The notes beneath the pieces were generated by a model. That model saw only the letters and a program-made list of their open reading frames with translations, did not search any database and was not told the DNA's origin. Made by a program: the position numbers and the translations under genes. From Epithemia pelagica (Eukaryota > Protista > Bacillariophyta): a stretch of 64,000 nt of DNA. Shown here in pieces: positions 43,099-54,907 of this stretch. The stretch is taken from assembly GCA_946965045.2 (NCBI GenBank), contig OX337229.1, positions 434,001-498,000 of the forward strand. The letters run 5' to 3'. Position 1 is the stretch's first letter; every line of letters begins with the position of its first letter.

Positions 43099-44127
43099 CT
43101 ACAAATCATCATACAAGGCCCCTTCTTCATCTTCGTCATCGTTGTCTTCCATCATTGCAACAACGGCCGACGAATTGGTGTTTCCCGAAGAAAGACCGGC
43201 TTTTCCTACCCCTAGAGGCTCGTGGTTTCTTCTGTCTGCGGCACCCTTGGTAGATTTTTGGTCCTTCTCAGGATTGTCGTCGTCCTCTTCTTCTTTCTCC
43301 CCCACACTTTGTAGGATCGCTTCCACTTGGTGAGAATTGAGAGTTTGATTTTCGTTCAAGGAATGTTTCAAATCCAACATGCATTGCATCAAGAGTCGAA
43401 ATTGCGATTGTCGCCATGTGACATGGGCCTTGGCGATTCGATAGTCGGACCGGGTCTGTTCCACGGCGGTTTGGAGAGTTTCAATTTCCTGTTCCAAGAC
43501 GGCCGTCGACGTGGGATGTTGAGCACACAAGAGTTTGGCCGTTTGTTCGTATTCATTCTTGGCCGCCGAAGTCGAAGAAGCTCGTTGCAACTCTCGACGC
43601 AATTGTTGTACGGTAGCACGTTCCGTGTCAATCCGTTCTTGAGTGATCGGGGTGGAGGCAGTTGCGGCCTCGGAATTGTTGTGGGTTTCGTCGTCTTCAT
43701 TTTTCAATTGTTCTAATTCTTTTTGCTGTCGTTGTGCCATCCAAAACAGTTTTTTCAATTCAATCCGTGCCAATTGCAATTCACGGGTCAACGCCTGGGC
43801 GGCATCTGCCACGGTCGGTGTCGGCGTGGTGGCAGACGTAGCGTCCTTTGGAGGAGCATTGGCACTTGTTGATGATGATGATGACGGTCCTTCCTTGGAA
43901 TCTTGTGGTTTGGAACTTGTATCCGATTTGGTGTTGTCCGTTGCTGGTTTGACCGGACCATCCTCCGCGTCCAACGAACGCTTCAATCCACTCAACCGCA
44001 CGGCACATCGCGTCAAGGAGCCTCGAGCACCATCTTTATTTCCCAAGCCCGTGGCCAATCGACGCTGCAAACTTTCCACAGGATACGTCGGTGCAGGAGC
44101 AGCCGCCGCCGCCGATGATGATTCCAT
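43099..44127 (-). CDS. THOC7: THO complex subunit 7-like coiled-coil protein
   Basis: LQRRLATG, KNEYEQTAKLL..HP, RQSQFRLLMQCMLDLK pattern; coiled-coil composition. Confidence 0.7.
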   Translation of the reverse strand: MESSSAAAAAPAPTYPVESLQRRLATGLGNKDGARGSLTRCAVRLSGLKRSLDAEDGPVKPATDNTKSDTSSKPQDSKEGPSSSSSTSANAPPKDATSATTPTPTVADAAQALTRELQLARIELKKLFWMAQRQQKELEQLKNEDDETHNNSEAATASTPITQERIDTERATVQQLRRELQRASSTSAAKNEYEQTAKLLCAQHPTSTAVLEQEIETLQTAVEQTRSDYRIAKAHVTWRQSQFRLLMQCMLDLKHSLNENQTLNSHQVEAILQSVGEKEEEDDDNPEKDQKSTKGAADRRNHEPLGVGKAGLSSGNTNSSAVVAMMEDNDDEDEEGALYDDL

Positions 44128-44250
44128 AATGACGATCCGATTGATACACACTTCTCCTTACCGCATGAGACCTTGGAGGATTGCCAGTTGAGAGTTGAGA
44201 GTGGATGGAAGAACACATGAGGGGGTGAGGGTTTGAAATTTTGAGAGCTT

Positions 44251-46671
44251 TTGATCGAACTGACCCCTCTTCGTCGGTCCGCAAACCCTGAAGTTTTGAC
44301 ACGCCCCCTTTTCAAACGTGCATGTCAGTGTCTCCATTCTTCCCTCCATCATGACGACGGCTCCATCCAAAAGCCGAACTTGTTGGTTGTTGGTGATCGC
44401 TCTCCGACCGACATAGAATCACACATCTACCGACAAACAAAACGAACCCAACCAACGCATCCCCTGCTGCATCAGGCCCTGATGAATGGCGGTAGTCTCA
44501 TTGACGACGAGAAAGCAACCACCATGAGCATGAGCACGCAAGCAACAATCACCGCCGCAAATTTAGCAGACGACCATGTTACCATACCGACTCGTATCGA
44601 GTTGGTAACGGAGGACGACGACCACCCAGGCCATGCCAACCATGACATGGCGTCATCCTCACCAGCGACCCATGATTCCAACGAGGCAATGGCGGGTGCT
44701 GCCACCTTACAACAACAACGACCAAGTACCTTGAAGTCAGCAACTCAGGCCGTTCTCCGTTTGACCGCCGAAGAAGAAACCCTCTTTCGCGTCATTGTCG
44801 AAACAGCCGAAGCCTTTGCACGTGGACAAATTTCATTGCCAAGCGAAGAACCAGAAGAAGCAACCGCTTCACAAGAGCCTTCACAAGAAGAAGAACAACA
44901 ACAAGACAACCACAACGAGTCAATCCTAGAATCCAATTCCAATACAACTGCAAACGACCTTGCCGCAGAGTCTCCACCACCCACCCGTCGATGTCGTCGG
45001 AAACGTCCAACTGTGCGTGTTGCCGGTGGATGGGTCCGCGACAAATTGTTGGGGCTGTCCACACACGATGTGGACTTGGCCGTCGATACCTTGACGGGCG
45101 TCCAATTTGCCCAATTGGTCCATGCCTATGCCGATGCGACCAATCAACCCGAGATTACTCGGGGCCACAAGATTGGTATTATTGCCTGCAATCCCGAACA
45201 ATCCAAACATTTGGAAACGGCCGCCTTGCAAGTGTGTGGGATGGATGTCGATATGGCCAATTTGCGATCGCAAGAAACCTATCATCATGACAGTCGAATC
45301 CCCACCGTGTCGTTTGGAGCGCCCTTGGAGGATGCGGAACGCCGCGATTTTACCATTAATGCCTTGTTTTTCAATTTGCATTCGCGCTGCGTCGAAGATT
45401 GGACCCGTCGCGGTATGGTGGGCTTGTTTCAAGGACAATTGGTGACACCGCTGGAACCCATTCAAACCTTTTTGGACGATCCCTTGCGAGTGTTACGGGC
45501 CATTCGATTTGCGGTGCGATTTCAATTTCAAATACAGGCAGACGTGGAAGCGGCCTGTCGAAAATCGGAAATTCATCAAGCCCTTCGACGCAAAGTGTCG
45601 AGAGAACGTGTGGGCAAGGAATTGCAAGGCATGTTGTCGGGTACCCGGGCCAATCCTACCAAAGCCTTGCATACCATTCATCGATTGCAATTGTCCAGCT
45701 CCGTCTTTACCCTTCCGGTGGTGGGAGTGGATTTTGTCACGGCTGTGGAGGGACAAATCATACTAGGAGGAGGAGACGCTGGTCGACTCTATTACGACAA
45801 AAAGGACGACGACAAGGACATGCAAGACGACAATGATTCTTCCGAACATTCGACAACTAGCATTCAACAACAGGCGGGGTGGACCGAAGCCGAAAAATTA
45901 TTGTGGATTCTCCCACAGGTCTTGGAGTCGCACGAGAAGGCAGAGGTCCAATTTCGAAAAAGTCAATTGTCCTCGAGTCCACAGCCCGTGTCGGCGGTGG
46001 ATCCACAATTGTTGCCAGTAGCCGTCTTTTTGTTGCCCTTTCGTACCTTGCGCTATCAAGAAAAGAACAAGACGGAACGATCCTTTCCTGTTGCTCAATA
46101 CATTTACCAATACAGCTTGAAATTCAAACAATCCGATACCAAAGCCATGACCTTGTTACAAGAAAACGTGGATGCCATGGCCGTCTTGTTGCGTGCATCG
46201 GTATCGTCCGAATCGCCCGTGTCTCGCTTAGAGGCCGGTTTGCTCTTGAGAACCTGCAAACACTTGTGGCCCACATGTCTCTTGCTCGCCACTGTGTTGT
46301 TGGTTCGAGAACAGCATCAGGAAAACGAATCCAAGGCAATGACAACCACCGCCACCAAGGACGACCAGGATGGTAATATCGACAAGGCGAGCATCCACGA
46401 GGCGGTGGATTGGAACGCCGTCAGCAATGCGGTTTGGGCATCCATCATTGAAATGGGTTTGGATGAATGTTGGAAAATGAAGCCACTCATGGATGGAAAG
46501 GCATTGATACGTTCCTTAAAACTACCCAAGGGACCCTTGATTGGACAATTCTTGGAAGAACAAGTTCGCTGGATGCTCCAAAATCCGATGGGAACCAAAG
46601 ACGACTGTGAAGCGCATTTAAAACACTTTCAACAGAGTCTTCAACAAGAAACACAGTCCTCGATATCATGA
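44251..46671 (+). CDS. CCA-adding tRNA nucleotidyltransferase (class II); true start uncertain (ATG at 44482 possible)
   Basis: RVAGGWVRDKLLG..DVD, PEQSKHLETA, DAERRDFTINAL, DDPLRVLRAIRF, KVSRERVGKE. Confidence 0.93.
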   Translation: MIELTPLRRSANPEVLTRPLFKRACQCLHSSLHHDDGSIQKPNLLVVGDRSPTDIESHIYRQTKRTQPTHPLLHQALMNGGSLIDDEKATTMSMSTQATITAANLADDHVTIPTRIELVTEDDDHPGHANHDMASSSPATHDSNEAMAGAATLQQQRPSTLKSATQAVLRLTAEEETLFRVIVETAEAFARGQISLPSEEPEEATASQEPSQEEEQQQDNHNESILESNSNTTANDLAAESPPPTRRCRRKRPTVRVAGGWVRDKLLGLSTHDVDLAVDTLTGVQFAQLVHAYADATNQPEITRGHKIGIIACNPEQSKHLETAALQVCGMDVDMANLRSQETYHHDSRIPTVSFGAPLEDAERRDFTINALFFNLHSRCVEDWTRRGMVGLFQGQLVTPLEPIQTFLDDPLRVLRAIRFAVRFQFQIQADVEAACRKSEIHQALRRKVSRERVGKELQGMLSGTRANPTKALHTIHRLQLSSSVFTLPVVGVDFVTAVEGQIILGGGDAGRLYYDKKDDDKDMQDDNDSSEHSTTSIQQQAGWTEAEKLLWILPQVLESHEKAEVQFRKSQLSSSPQPVSAVDPQLLPVAVFLLPFRTLRYQEKNKTERSFPVAQYIYQYSLKFKQSDTKAMTLLQENVDAMAVLLRASVSSESPVSRLEAGLLLRTCKHLWPTCLLLATVLLVREQHQENESKAMTTTATKDDQDGNIDKASIHEAVDWNAVSNAVWASIIEMGLDECWKMKPLMDGKALIRSLKLPKGPLIGQFLEEQVRWMLQNPMGTKDDCEAHLKHFQQSLQQETQSSIS

Positions 46672-47535
46672 ACCGCACGGCTCTACGATTGGATCACGAC
46701 AGCAGGTGCATCAACCCGTTCTCTCCGACGCCTCAAAACGTTTCCAAGTGCCGCGGGTCATCTTGGCACCTTTTGGCTCGAACAGGATATGCTGGTAATA
46801 TGAGTGGCTATCGTACATCAAGCTTACCTACATAGTGGCTTGTCGTATCACGTATAGAACCTGGTTGTTAGCAACAAAGATCTAGAAGATGATGATGCTA
46901 TTGCATCGATAAGTGGTTTGCAGCGTTCCTACATCAACTTTTGTTTGGTTCAACGTGATCGACACAAATAGTTGCCAATACTCTTGCGATTTTCTTGCAT
47001 GAGAACAGAACAACACAATGCTATAGTAGAGCTTGCTTTCTCGATGTTTGGCATGTCAAGGTTTCAAGAGGAGCCCACATGGTACGTTTTCGACAGGACA
47101 TGAAGATGCTCTACTCGTGAAGACATTATTTGTCCTTTCTCTTCCGTTGTTGGTGTACTTCAATTAATTGCAGTGCCTATTTCGTGTCCCTGATCCAGTT
47201 GAGACGGGAGACGGCCTTCAATGGATGGACATGGTGTTTTCTCATTTCGGGCAATTTTATGCCCAACCAGTTTCTATCCCCCATCCACTGTGATCCGCGA
47301 CCGATCTTCTTTGTGACTGTGACAGCACCCAAACCGCCCCATAACGGTCCATCGAGCAACAAACTTCGTCGATACTCGTAGTCGATACCACGATCCGGCA
47401 ATCACAATCACGCCTCTGGCGAAATCAGAGCGAGAGGACAAGCATTCGAAAGGATCAAAGACGTGAACCAATCTCTGCATCAAGGTCAACGGTATCGTCG
47501 GATTGTTGAATTGAAGTTCAGAGAATCAGAGTATC

Positions 47536-48399
47536 ATGTCCGAGGGCACAAAGAAGAAAAAGTCCAAGTCCAAGTCATCCAAGGTTCGTCGTGGAAGTCG
47601 TGACAGTGAGGACGATGACCTCAACACGAATGCCAAGGTAATCCAAGAGGCATCCAACATTCAGCAAGATACCAAGGCAGCCATTCGGCGGATGCAAGCG
47701 CAAGCGGCCGAGACCAAAGAAGTGGGCGCCACCACGTTGGAAGAGTTGGAGAACCAACGGGCCCAAATGTACCGGATTCAGGATGAGGGAGACCGCGTCC
47801 AAGGACAATTGAAGACAGCCGAACGACTTCAAAACCGACTCAGTCGCTGGAGTCTCAACTTTAATGGACGAGCTGCCAGGAAGCAGGCACAGACAATGAC
47901 CGACCATGAAAAAGCCAAAGATGCGACAAAACAAAAACGACGTGAAATTGAAGCAGAGAGAGCGGAATCCAAAGAAAAGGCACAAGAACAAGCAGTTCCG
48001 GTCGTCACACCCCACGGGCGTGGCAAAAAGAATCGAAAGAATTCGAAAAAGGGTGAGGCAGATGATTCGAAACCAAAGAAGGCCACTTCCAAAGGCCTTT
48101 TATATGGAACGAAAGGCGAGACCGATCCGGATTTGCAACGTCTGGCCGACGAAGACGCCGAGATTGATGAAGGACTTGACATGGTGTCGGACCAGTTGGA
48201 TGACTTGATGCAAATGGCAGAGAGTATGGGAAGTGAGGCTAGAGCGCAAACAAGAGGTTTGAACGACTTTACCGACCAAATGGCGGAAGTGAATCACCAA
48301 CAACGAGTCGTAAACAATCGAACTGGACGCTTCTTGTCGGGCAAAGTACGAAAAAACTATGAATCCGAAAGCGCCACAAGTGCCACCGGCTTTTGGTAA
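47536..48399 (+). CDS. SNAP25-like Qbc-SNARE with two SNARE motifs, no TM
   Basis: ETKEVGATTLEELENQRAQM and IDEGLDMVSDQLDDLMQMAESMGSE heptad motifs. Confidence 0.85.
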   Translation: MSEGTKKKKSKSKSSKVRRGSRDSEDDDLNTNAKVIQEASNIQQDTKAAIRRMQAQAAETKEVGATTLEELENQRAQMYRIQDEGDRVQGQLKTAERLQNRLSRWSLNFNGRAARKQAQTMTDHEKAKDATKQKRREIEAERAESKEKAQEQAVPVVTPHGRGKKNRKNSKKGEADDSKPKKATSKGLLYGTKGETDPDLQRLADEDAEIDEGLDMVSDQLDDLMQMAESMGSEARAQTRGLNDFTDQMAEVNHQQRVVNNRTGRFLSGKVRKNYESESATSATGFW

Positions 48400-48845
48400 C
48401 ATTGCAATCTGGTTTGTTCTCTTGGAAAGGACAGAGAACAGCTTTAATACGACTACGCTGTAGAATCTTGTTACTACAGTGTTTCTCGATGTAAGCTACA
48501 GAGGCAGAACATAGTCTTGTTCATCGAGGAAAGCTACTCCAGTTATGAGAATACAGAAATTATAAACCAAGGTTATCTTACAATGCCTGTTGCAGTTATA
48601 ATTACAACCGTTGGCTCAATGACTGAAAGTCGACTGACGGCCCAACACTTCCGAAAGAGTTTGTCTTGTCCGAATTCCACAGTTAGCTTACAGAACGCGG
48701 AGACAGTAGAATTGAATGAAGCCCTGAACACCGTGGGGAATGAAATCCATCTTTAAATGGGACATCGAGGATGCTTCGAGGCCGAATCGGACAGCTGATA
48801 GGTTTCGGATGAGACGCAACAGTTCATTGCGAGTCAAGTCGATCA

Positions 48846-50048
48846 TCATTGGCGCGGACGAGCCATTTCTACATCGCTGGCGTGAGATTTGACATTGAGC
48901 CTTGTTGTTTGCTGCGTCGTCCTCTGTTTGGCGTGTTTCATTTTACACAAGGAGGCAACCAAAAGGCCTCCAAGTACAAGACACGCTCCCATGGGATAAT
49001 ACCAGGAAAATGCCTTTGGAAACAACAAAAAGCTCAAAATCAGAGTCATTCCCTTTCGTCCAGTTGCCACCAAAACTGCCGCAACTCCACCAAATCGCTT
49101 TACCACATTCATGTGCACCGAAATCGCAACTGCACGTAGATGCGATACAAACAACAGTCATAGTTTCACAGTGAACAACACCAGGCGAAAGCAAGAACGA
49201 AACAGTCAGTACCTCTTAGAGATGATCAAGAAGGACAACAGGATACACAAGGCAATGTACTTACAGTAAGCCACAATAATGTAAATCAGAAAGTACACTG
49301 CCAGGCGCTGGTCTCGCGACACAAGGGAGAGCGTTCCGGTAAGATCTCCCGAGGCGTAGGTTGTGACGGTGTACGCCATGAGTGCCAACACATTGGTGTA
49401 GAGCGTGACCTCGAGTCGTGATGCTCCCATCCCAAAGAGACGTTCTTGGGCATTGGGTAGAACAGCATCGGCAAAAACGGAGAGAGAGACCAACACCAAT
49501 CCAATCGGGTGGAACGAGGGTGCCAATTCCCAATCTGCAGCAGCAAACATAATCAGGCCAGCACATATCGAAAATGCGCAGGTGTATTCCATGGAACTAA
49601 AGACTTTTCTGTGCATTACGGAGGCAATCACCATGGTAGGAATCAGTTTGGATGATCGAAACACGACTTTTGTCGGGAAATTGATGTAGTTTAGGGCCAT
49701 GTTGGACAAGGCAGATGATCCCAACAGACACGCCGTCAAGAGAGGATAGAGACGAAGCGGTGCCACTTGACCAGTTTCGCGAAATACAAATGTTCGTTCC
49801 AGATAGGAGAACACACATACTCCAAAAACTTCAGTGTACCCCAGCATGACACCATATGACTTCTGCATCCGCTCCATGATCGCCTCTTGAAGGTAATTAT
49901 GAAGTCCAAAAAAGCAGAAAACCCCAAGCACCAGTACTGTGAATTGTAATGATGGTGGTAATTGATCAAAGAAATGAGTAGCGACCTTCTTCTCGGACAT
50001 ATTGGTTGATGAGTTTTGTTGAAAGGAATTTTGCGGCGACATCGACAT
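48846..50048 (-). CDS. PAPS transporter (SLC35B3/PAPST2, UAA family); exons 50048-49265, 49129-48846
   Basis: NYLQEAI, LSNMALNYINFPTKVVFRSSKLIPTM, VKRFGGVAAVLVATGRKGMTL; GT-AG intron. Confidence 0.9.
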
Positions 50049-50660
50049 GATGGTATTCCCACTGTGCTGCTAGAAACGACTTCTTGTCTCGGACTTGTTT
50101 CTTCTCTCTTTTGGAGACAAAGCAACCGCACGCTTCACCTTCAAGAGGGAGATGTTGGTCAATTCAAACCTCTATGCAGAATGCAGAAAGCCAATAGAAC
50201 GGCCGATGTCGATCGCGGAGCGACATTGTGCCTCCCGAATTGCCGCCGGACGCGTCAGTCGCGTGGCCCATAGACGCCCCCTCCCATAGCAACCCTAGCA
50301 CATGCTTTACTCCTACTCGTACTCCTACACCTCTGGGTACTCTCCTTTTGGAGAGAGCATCATAATTCGAAGCCTTTACTCCTCCTTGATGCTGACCTTC
50401 ACGTCGAATGTGTCTGAAGCAAAGGAGCCTCGAGACTTTTCTCTGAATATCAAGCTGACGAGATTGAGCTGTAGAAACAGTCTACCTAGAAGAGGCGTCA
50501 TGCCCTTGTGGTTCTTTCCGTAAATGGCGACGACGTTGTTAGCCCCTCTACTCCTAATGCGTAAAGTTTTGGTGGGTGGTTTATTGTAGTTTGCATCTAC
50601 TCAGCATATAGAGCAATAGCCGACCGCATTATTGATCCTACAGGTAATGTTGATAGAACA

Positions 50661-51666
50661 TTATTCTGTTTTCTTTTTCGTCGTCTTATCATCCTTGCCG
50701 TTGTAGTCCTTGGCTTCCAATCTTTTGTATAGTTTAGTCATCTCATTGGACAAACCCACTTCATCAAAATACCCTTCCTTGTCAAAGAATTTCCCCACCG
50801 ACCATACGGCCTTGACACTTTTCTCTTCTACGGAAGAAATCAACGGGTCATCCGAGGGGAATCGAAATTCCAGAATCACTGTGTAGAATTCGGAGAAGCG
50901 AGGAAAGTTCGATCTCACGCGAAGTCCATATTTATACAAAAGCGGATTGATGACATCTTCGTCCTTGCTACCGGATTGTTTGTTGCTGCCACTCTTTTTA
51001 GAGGATTCATCCTTTTTGTCGATGCCACTAGCTGTCGGCAATGGCTTTGTCAACAGAATCATATCCTTGTCGATAAAGGTTGTGATGAATTGTAGAATGC
51101 CTGACAATACAAAGTAGAGCGATCCACATATTCCCAACACCTCTCGGCTCTCCGGGAACGGAATCGGAGCAAACTGTGCCGTCATGGCAAATACGCACGA
51201 GACGAACATGAGCAACAGTTTAACATTGTCCCACCAATATCTGTTGTTCAGAACAGAGAAGAATAAAGAGATCATAGAAAAGTTGTCAATTCAAAGATGA
51301 CGGTAAGTTGAGATGCATTTCGAACAAACAAAACATCGAAGCCGTAGGTGCAACGAAAAAGGCAACAAAATAGTGGACGTCATGGGATCTCAGCCAAAAC
51401 TAGACGTACTCTTCTGGAACATGGTCCAACAGTGCCGCAGATACTCCTTCGTCTAGGACTTGTTTCATCTTGATCATGTCCCCCAAGTCCACTTGTAGCA
51501 ACTCCATTTCTTCTTCGACCGGGTCCTCATCGTAGTCTGTTTCGTTGTTGTCTTCATCGTTTGGCTCTTTTGAGGTATCAGGAACATCTTCGGGCTCAGA
51601 AGCTCCCACTGCAACGCCCTGTACTACGGGAGTCTTTTGATTCGATTTTGATTTCTTCTTTGCCAT
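50661..51666 (-). CDS. SPCS2: Signal peptidase complex subunit 2; exons 51666-51410, 51240-50661
   Basis: VDLGDMIKMKQVLDE, two TM helices, WSVGKFFDKEG; GT-AG intron restores frame. Confidence 0.88.
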
Positions 51667-52056
51667 GGTCTCCGTCTCCGTATTCACTCAGGCGATCTTT
51701 ATGTGCTGCATAATGCATTGAGTGTAGCATAAAAAAGGGGTATATCTTCCACGTGGCAGATGGACATGTCTCGCTATCGCATTATTTGGGCTAACAATGC
51801 TATGTGGATCTTCCTTCCTCTTGACCAACTTCTATCAACGGTGAAAATCCAAGATGCGTAAGAAAGAGCAATGCCTCGACAAAGCAAATGGTTCCGACCT
51901 GAAGGTGATAATTCTTCCTTAACAAAAGGCTTATGCAAGATTAGTTGCTCTTCTAAGGTAGCAGTTTCGAATGAAACCCGAGTTTTCTGAACAATTGTTG
52001 GTTCGATCACCACGGGTCCAGACGATAAATTGCCTCTCGGGAAATATTTTCAAGGA

Positions 52057-53601
52057 CTAGGTAGAGGGAGGAAACAGCATGGCAAACGGGCAGGTTGGAG
52101 CGCCCTTTGGAAGTTGCTTTTCGACTCGTTTCCGATGTTCCTCCGTCCATTTCAGGGCAAACGACTCAAGCTGGGATTGATGAAAGCGAACAATACGCTG
52201 TCGCAATGGTGACCAAGGCAGGGCCAGATATGTGTACAAGGAGATTGCCGAAAGCATGCAACTGGAAAAGATCCAGGTACGCCATTGATACCACAACTTG
52301 GGATTCAAAGGGAGTTGTAGTGCATCGGCTAGAGGATTGCCAACAAAACGACGGCACTGTAAGCATCTGTAATAAAACCAGTTTTCTTGTTCTTGCTGCT
52401 GACTTGGTTTGTTCTGCTTGTTGGTTTCATCATTCATCGACTCTGAAGAAGAAGAAGACTCTTGAACGCGACCCTGCCACAAGAGATGATGTGCCACTTG
52501 AATAGACACTTTCTCTGGATGCAGTAAATGCAATAAAATGGACTGAAACATGGCATAAGAATGCTTTAGGGAATCGGGTTGTGTTTCAACCCATCCTCGA
52601 CCACATGGATCCAAGGCACGAGGCGGCGTGGGAACGCCCGTAGGGGTATGGTTCGGCACATGATCGTTGTCCGACACTCGCACACCCAGCAACCAGCCCA
52701 AATACCGCCACAGCGCCAAGTAATCACGCCGTTCTTGAACAGACAATGGAAAACCCAACAGAATCTCCACACCCACCAATGCATTGACCGAAAAAGTCAA
52801 GAGGGTAGCCGCCATGTCCTCTTCATTGATTGGAATCCCATGTCGTTTCGTGTCCCACGAACGTTCTCCACTCCGTTGCAAGAGTGCTCGTCGAACCTTG
52901 GCATGAAGTATCCGGACTTGCAAACAGGCCTTCCATCCTGCTCCCGAACCTGGTACAATGGCAGCCCCATCTGCCATGCATTGGACCAACAGGGCACCCG
53001 TATCGGTGAGTCGTTCCATGACACGTTGTTTCGTAGCAGGAGGAGCCAAGTATCCCGTCGACAAGAGAACATGTGCCAAGGGTGGAATGGAAAATCCAGG
53101 CACCAAGCTACGATAGTACAAGGACAGCGATATTGCCGGCAAATACGCCAAAAAGACTTCTTGTCCTCGGTGCAGTTGATCCATGTCGACCCACGACGGC
53201 AATTCCGAGTATTGTTGATAAAAGTTTACCAAAGCAGTATCGAGAGCTTTTGCATCATTCCTGGGATTGTTTGTTACAGACAAGTGAACCACATCGTGCC
53301 CAGTTTTGATGGAAGCAAGTGAGGCTTGTTCCAATACATCCTGGCCAGGTTCGACAGTCCCGGATGAAGAAGTGTTCTCGTCTTTGGCAGCAGCAATCAA
53401 GTCCAGAATTGGATCGACATCGAAGTCCCCAATCTGGCGATAGACTGAAAGTTCCTCTGCTGTCAAGTGCCGTCCTCCATCGACATATCGATGCCACAAA
53501 ACATGCTGCCCAAAGTGCGTTCTCCGAACGGAGCCCAAGGGCCAATCTTTGGGATCCGGGGAGAACCATGTGGACCAAGGATTCAACGCTCGAAACCACA
53601 T
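52057..53601 (-). CDS. DUF2236 / MpaB-rubber oxygenase-like domain protein
   Basis: PSWVDMDQLHRGQEVF, RLTDTG, QVRILHAKVR, WD..RHGIPINEEDMAATL, WRYLGWLLGV. Confidence 0.85.
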   Translation of the reverse strand: MWFRALNPWSTWFSPDPKDWPLGSVRRTHFGQHVLWHRYVDGGRHLTAEELSVYRQIGDFDVDPILDLIAAAKDENTSSSGTVEPGQDVLEQASLASIKTGHDVVHLSVTNNPRNDAKALDTALVNFYQQYSELPSWVDMDQLHRGQEVFLAYLPAISLSLYYRSLVPGFSIPPLAHVLLSTGYLAPPATKQRVMERLTDTGALLVQCMADGAAIVPGSGAGWKACLQVRILHAKVRRALLQRSGERSWDTKRHGIPINEEDMAATLLTFSVNALVGVEILLGFPLSVQERRDYLALWRYLGWLLGVRVSDNDHVPNHTPTGVPTPPRALDPCGRGWVETQPDSLKHSYAMFQSILLHLLHPEKVSIQVAHHLLWQGRVQESSSSSESMNDETNKQNKPSQQQEQENWFYYRCLQCRRFVGNPLADALQLPLNPKLWYQWRTWIFSSCMLSAISLYTYLALPWSPLRQRIVRFHQSQLESFALKWTEEHRKRVEKQLPKGAPTCPFAMLFPPST

Positions 53602-53958
53602 GACACAGTAAGAGGGATAATCAGATCTTCACTTCACACTCATTAGAAGTCATCATCGTCACTGCTTGGATTTGGAGGATGCTTAGTGATTCCTCTGCGT
53701 TGTTTCTCCCGTCGTTCGTAATGCAGAATGGACATGGTAAACAGAGAGAACAGGAAACACGTACCCCTCTAGCTTGAAACTTTAAATTTTGTTTTGAATT
53801 CTGCTTCCGGATTGATCCTTCAAATGGCCATAAAGTCGCTTTTAAATCGCTGCTTAGTCCTAAAGATCACATGCTCCACAATTTTCGATAATCTTTCGTC
53901 GCTTCTCGAAGTACCACGCATCTATCATAACCATCCCGTAGATATCGAGTTAACAAGG

Positions 53959-54017
53959 TGGTTCAGGACCGGGCAGAGATTTGTCATTTGGTTCAGGACC
54001 GGGCAGAGATTTGTCAT
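53959..54017 (+). repeat. Exact tandem duplication (30-bp period)
   Basis: TGGTTCAGGACCGGGCAGAGATTTGTCAT at 53959-53987 and 53989-54017. Confidence 0.95.
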
Positions 54018-54028
54018 AGTACCCTATC

Positions 54029-54385
54029 ATGTCGGCTTCCAGTATGGGCGGCGCAGGCGCCAAGAAGCAGGTCGTTCGACCTCCACAACGCGGTATCTTT
54101 CCGTTGGATCATTTTGCCGAATGCCAAGAGCCCATGGACTTGTACCTAAAGTGTTTGGAGGAGAACAAGGATGTCCATCATGAATGTCGAGAAATGAGCC
54201 GTGAATACTTGAAATGTCGCATGGACCATGGACTCATGGCCAAGGAAAATTTGGATCAACTGGGTTTTGCATCCGAGGCAAAAGTCAAGGGCGCCAGAGA
54301 ATATGACATGGCCAAAGAAAAGGCTGGGTTTGTGGCCGGTAAGCACATTTCTGATAAACCTAAATGGTGGTTTCAGAGATGGTGA
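54029..54385 (+). CDS. COX19: Cytochrome c oxidase assembly protein COX19 (twin CX9C)
   Basis: RPPQRGIFPLDHFAEC, CX9C...CX9C, YLKCRMDHGLM. Confidence 0.95.
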   Translation: MSASSMGGAGAKKQVVRPPQRGIFPLDHFAECQEPMDLYLKCLEENKDVHHECREMSREYLKCRMDHGLMAKENLDQLGFASEAKVKGAREYDMAKEKAGFVAGKHISDKPKWWFQRW

Positions 54386-54907
54386 AGGAGCAATATTAAA
54401 CTGAGACGATTCAGACTACTGTGGACTGTGGATTGTGTCTGCGACAAGAAGCGGTACATCCTACCGCCAACCATATGAGACAAATGTACGATGAATGAAC
54501 GTTCCCTTCGTTTCAGAACATACTTGTTCAGGTATTGCTCCACCGGATCAGGCACGGGTGTCTAAGGGAAAGAGAAGTCATCGCTGTTACATGCAGTTTC
54601 TGTTGTTACAAGTTTATTTTTTCTGGTTTCTAGAGCGTCTAGTCAAAAGGAGTATAGTATGATACAAGGTTCGGTCATTACATCAACACAAACAGGCGCG
54701 ATCAGAACAGGAATCGCGTCAGCACAAGAAAGAAAGCAGCATCTTTTTTTCTGTTTTGGTATAGCGCAAGCTCAGGATGTGGCTAAAATGGGCGCGACAT
54801 GGACTTTGTGTAGTCCGTTGTCAGCGGTGAAATGTCTTGGAGCAAAAGTTCTTTTTGGTTTGGGATTATGAAGCAATGAGGGTATGTGTCACCCTTCTCT
54901 TGCCCGT

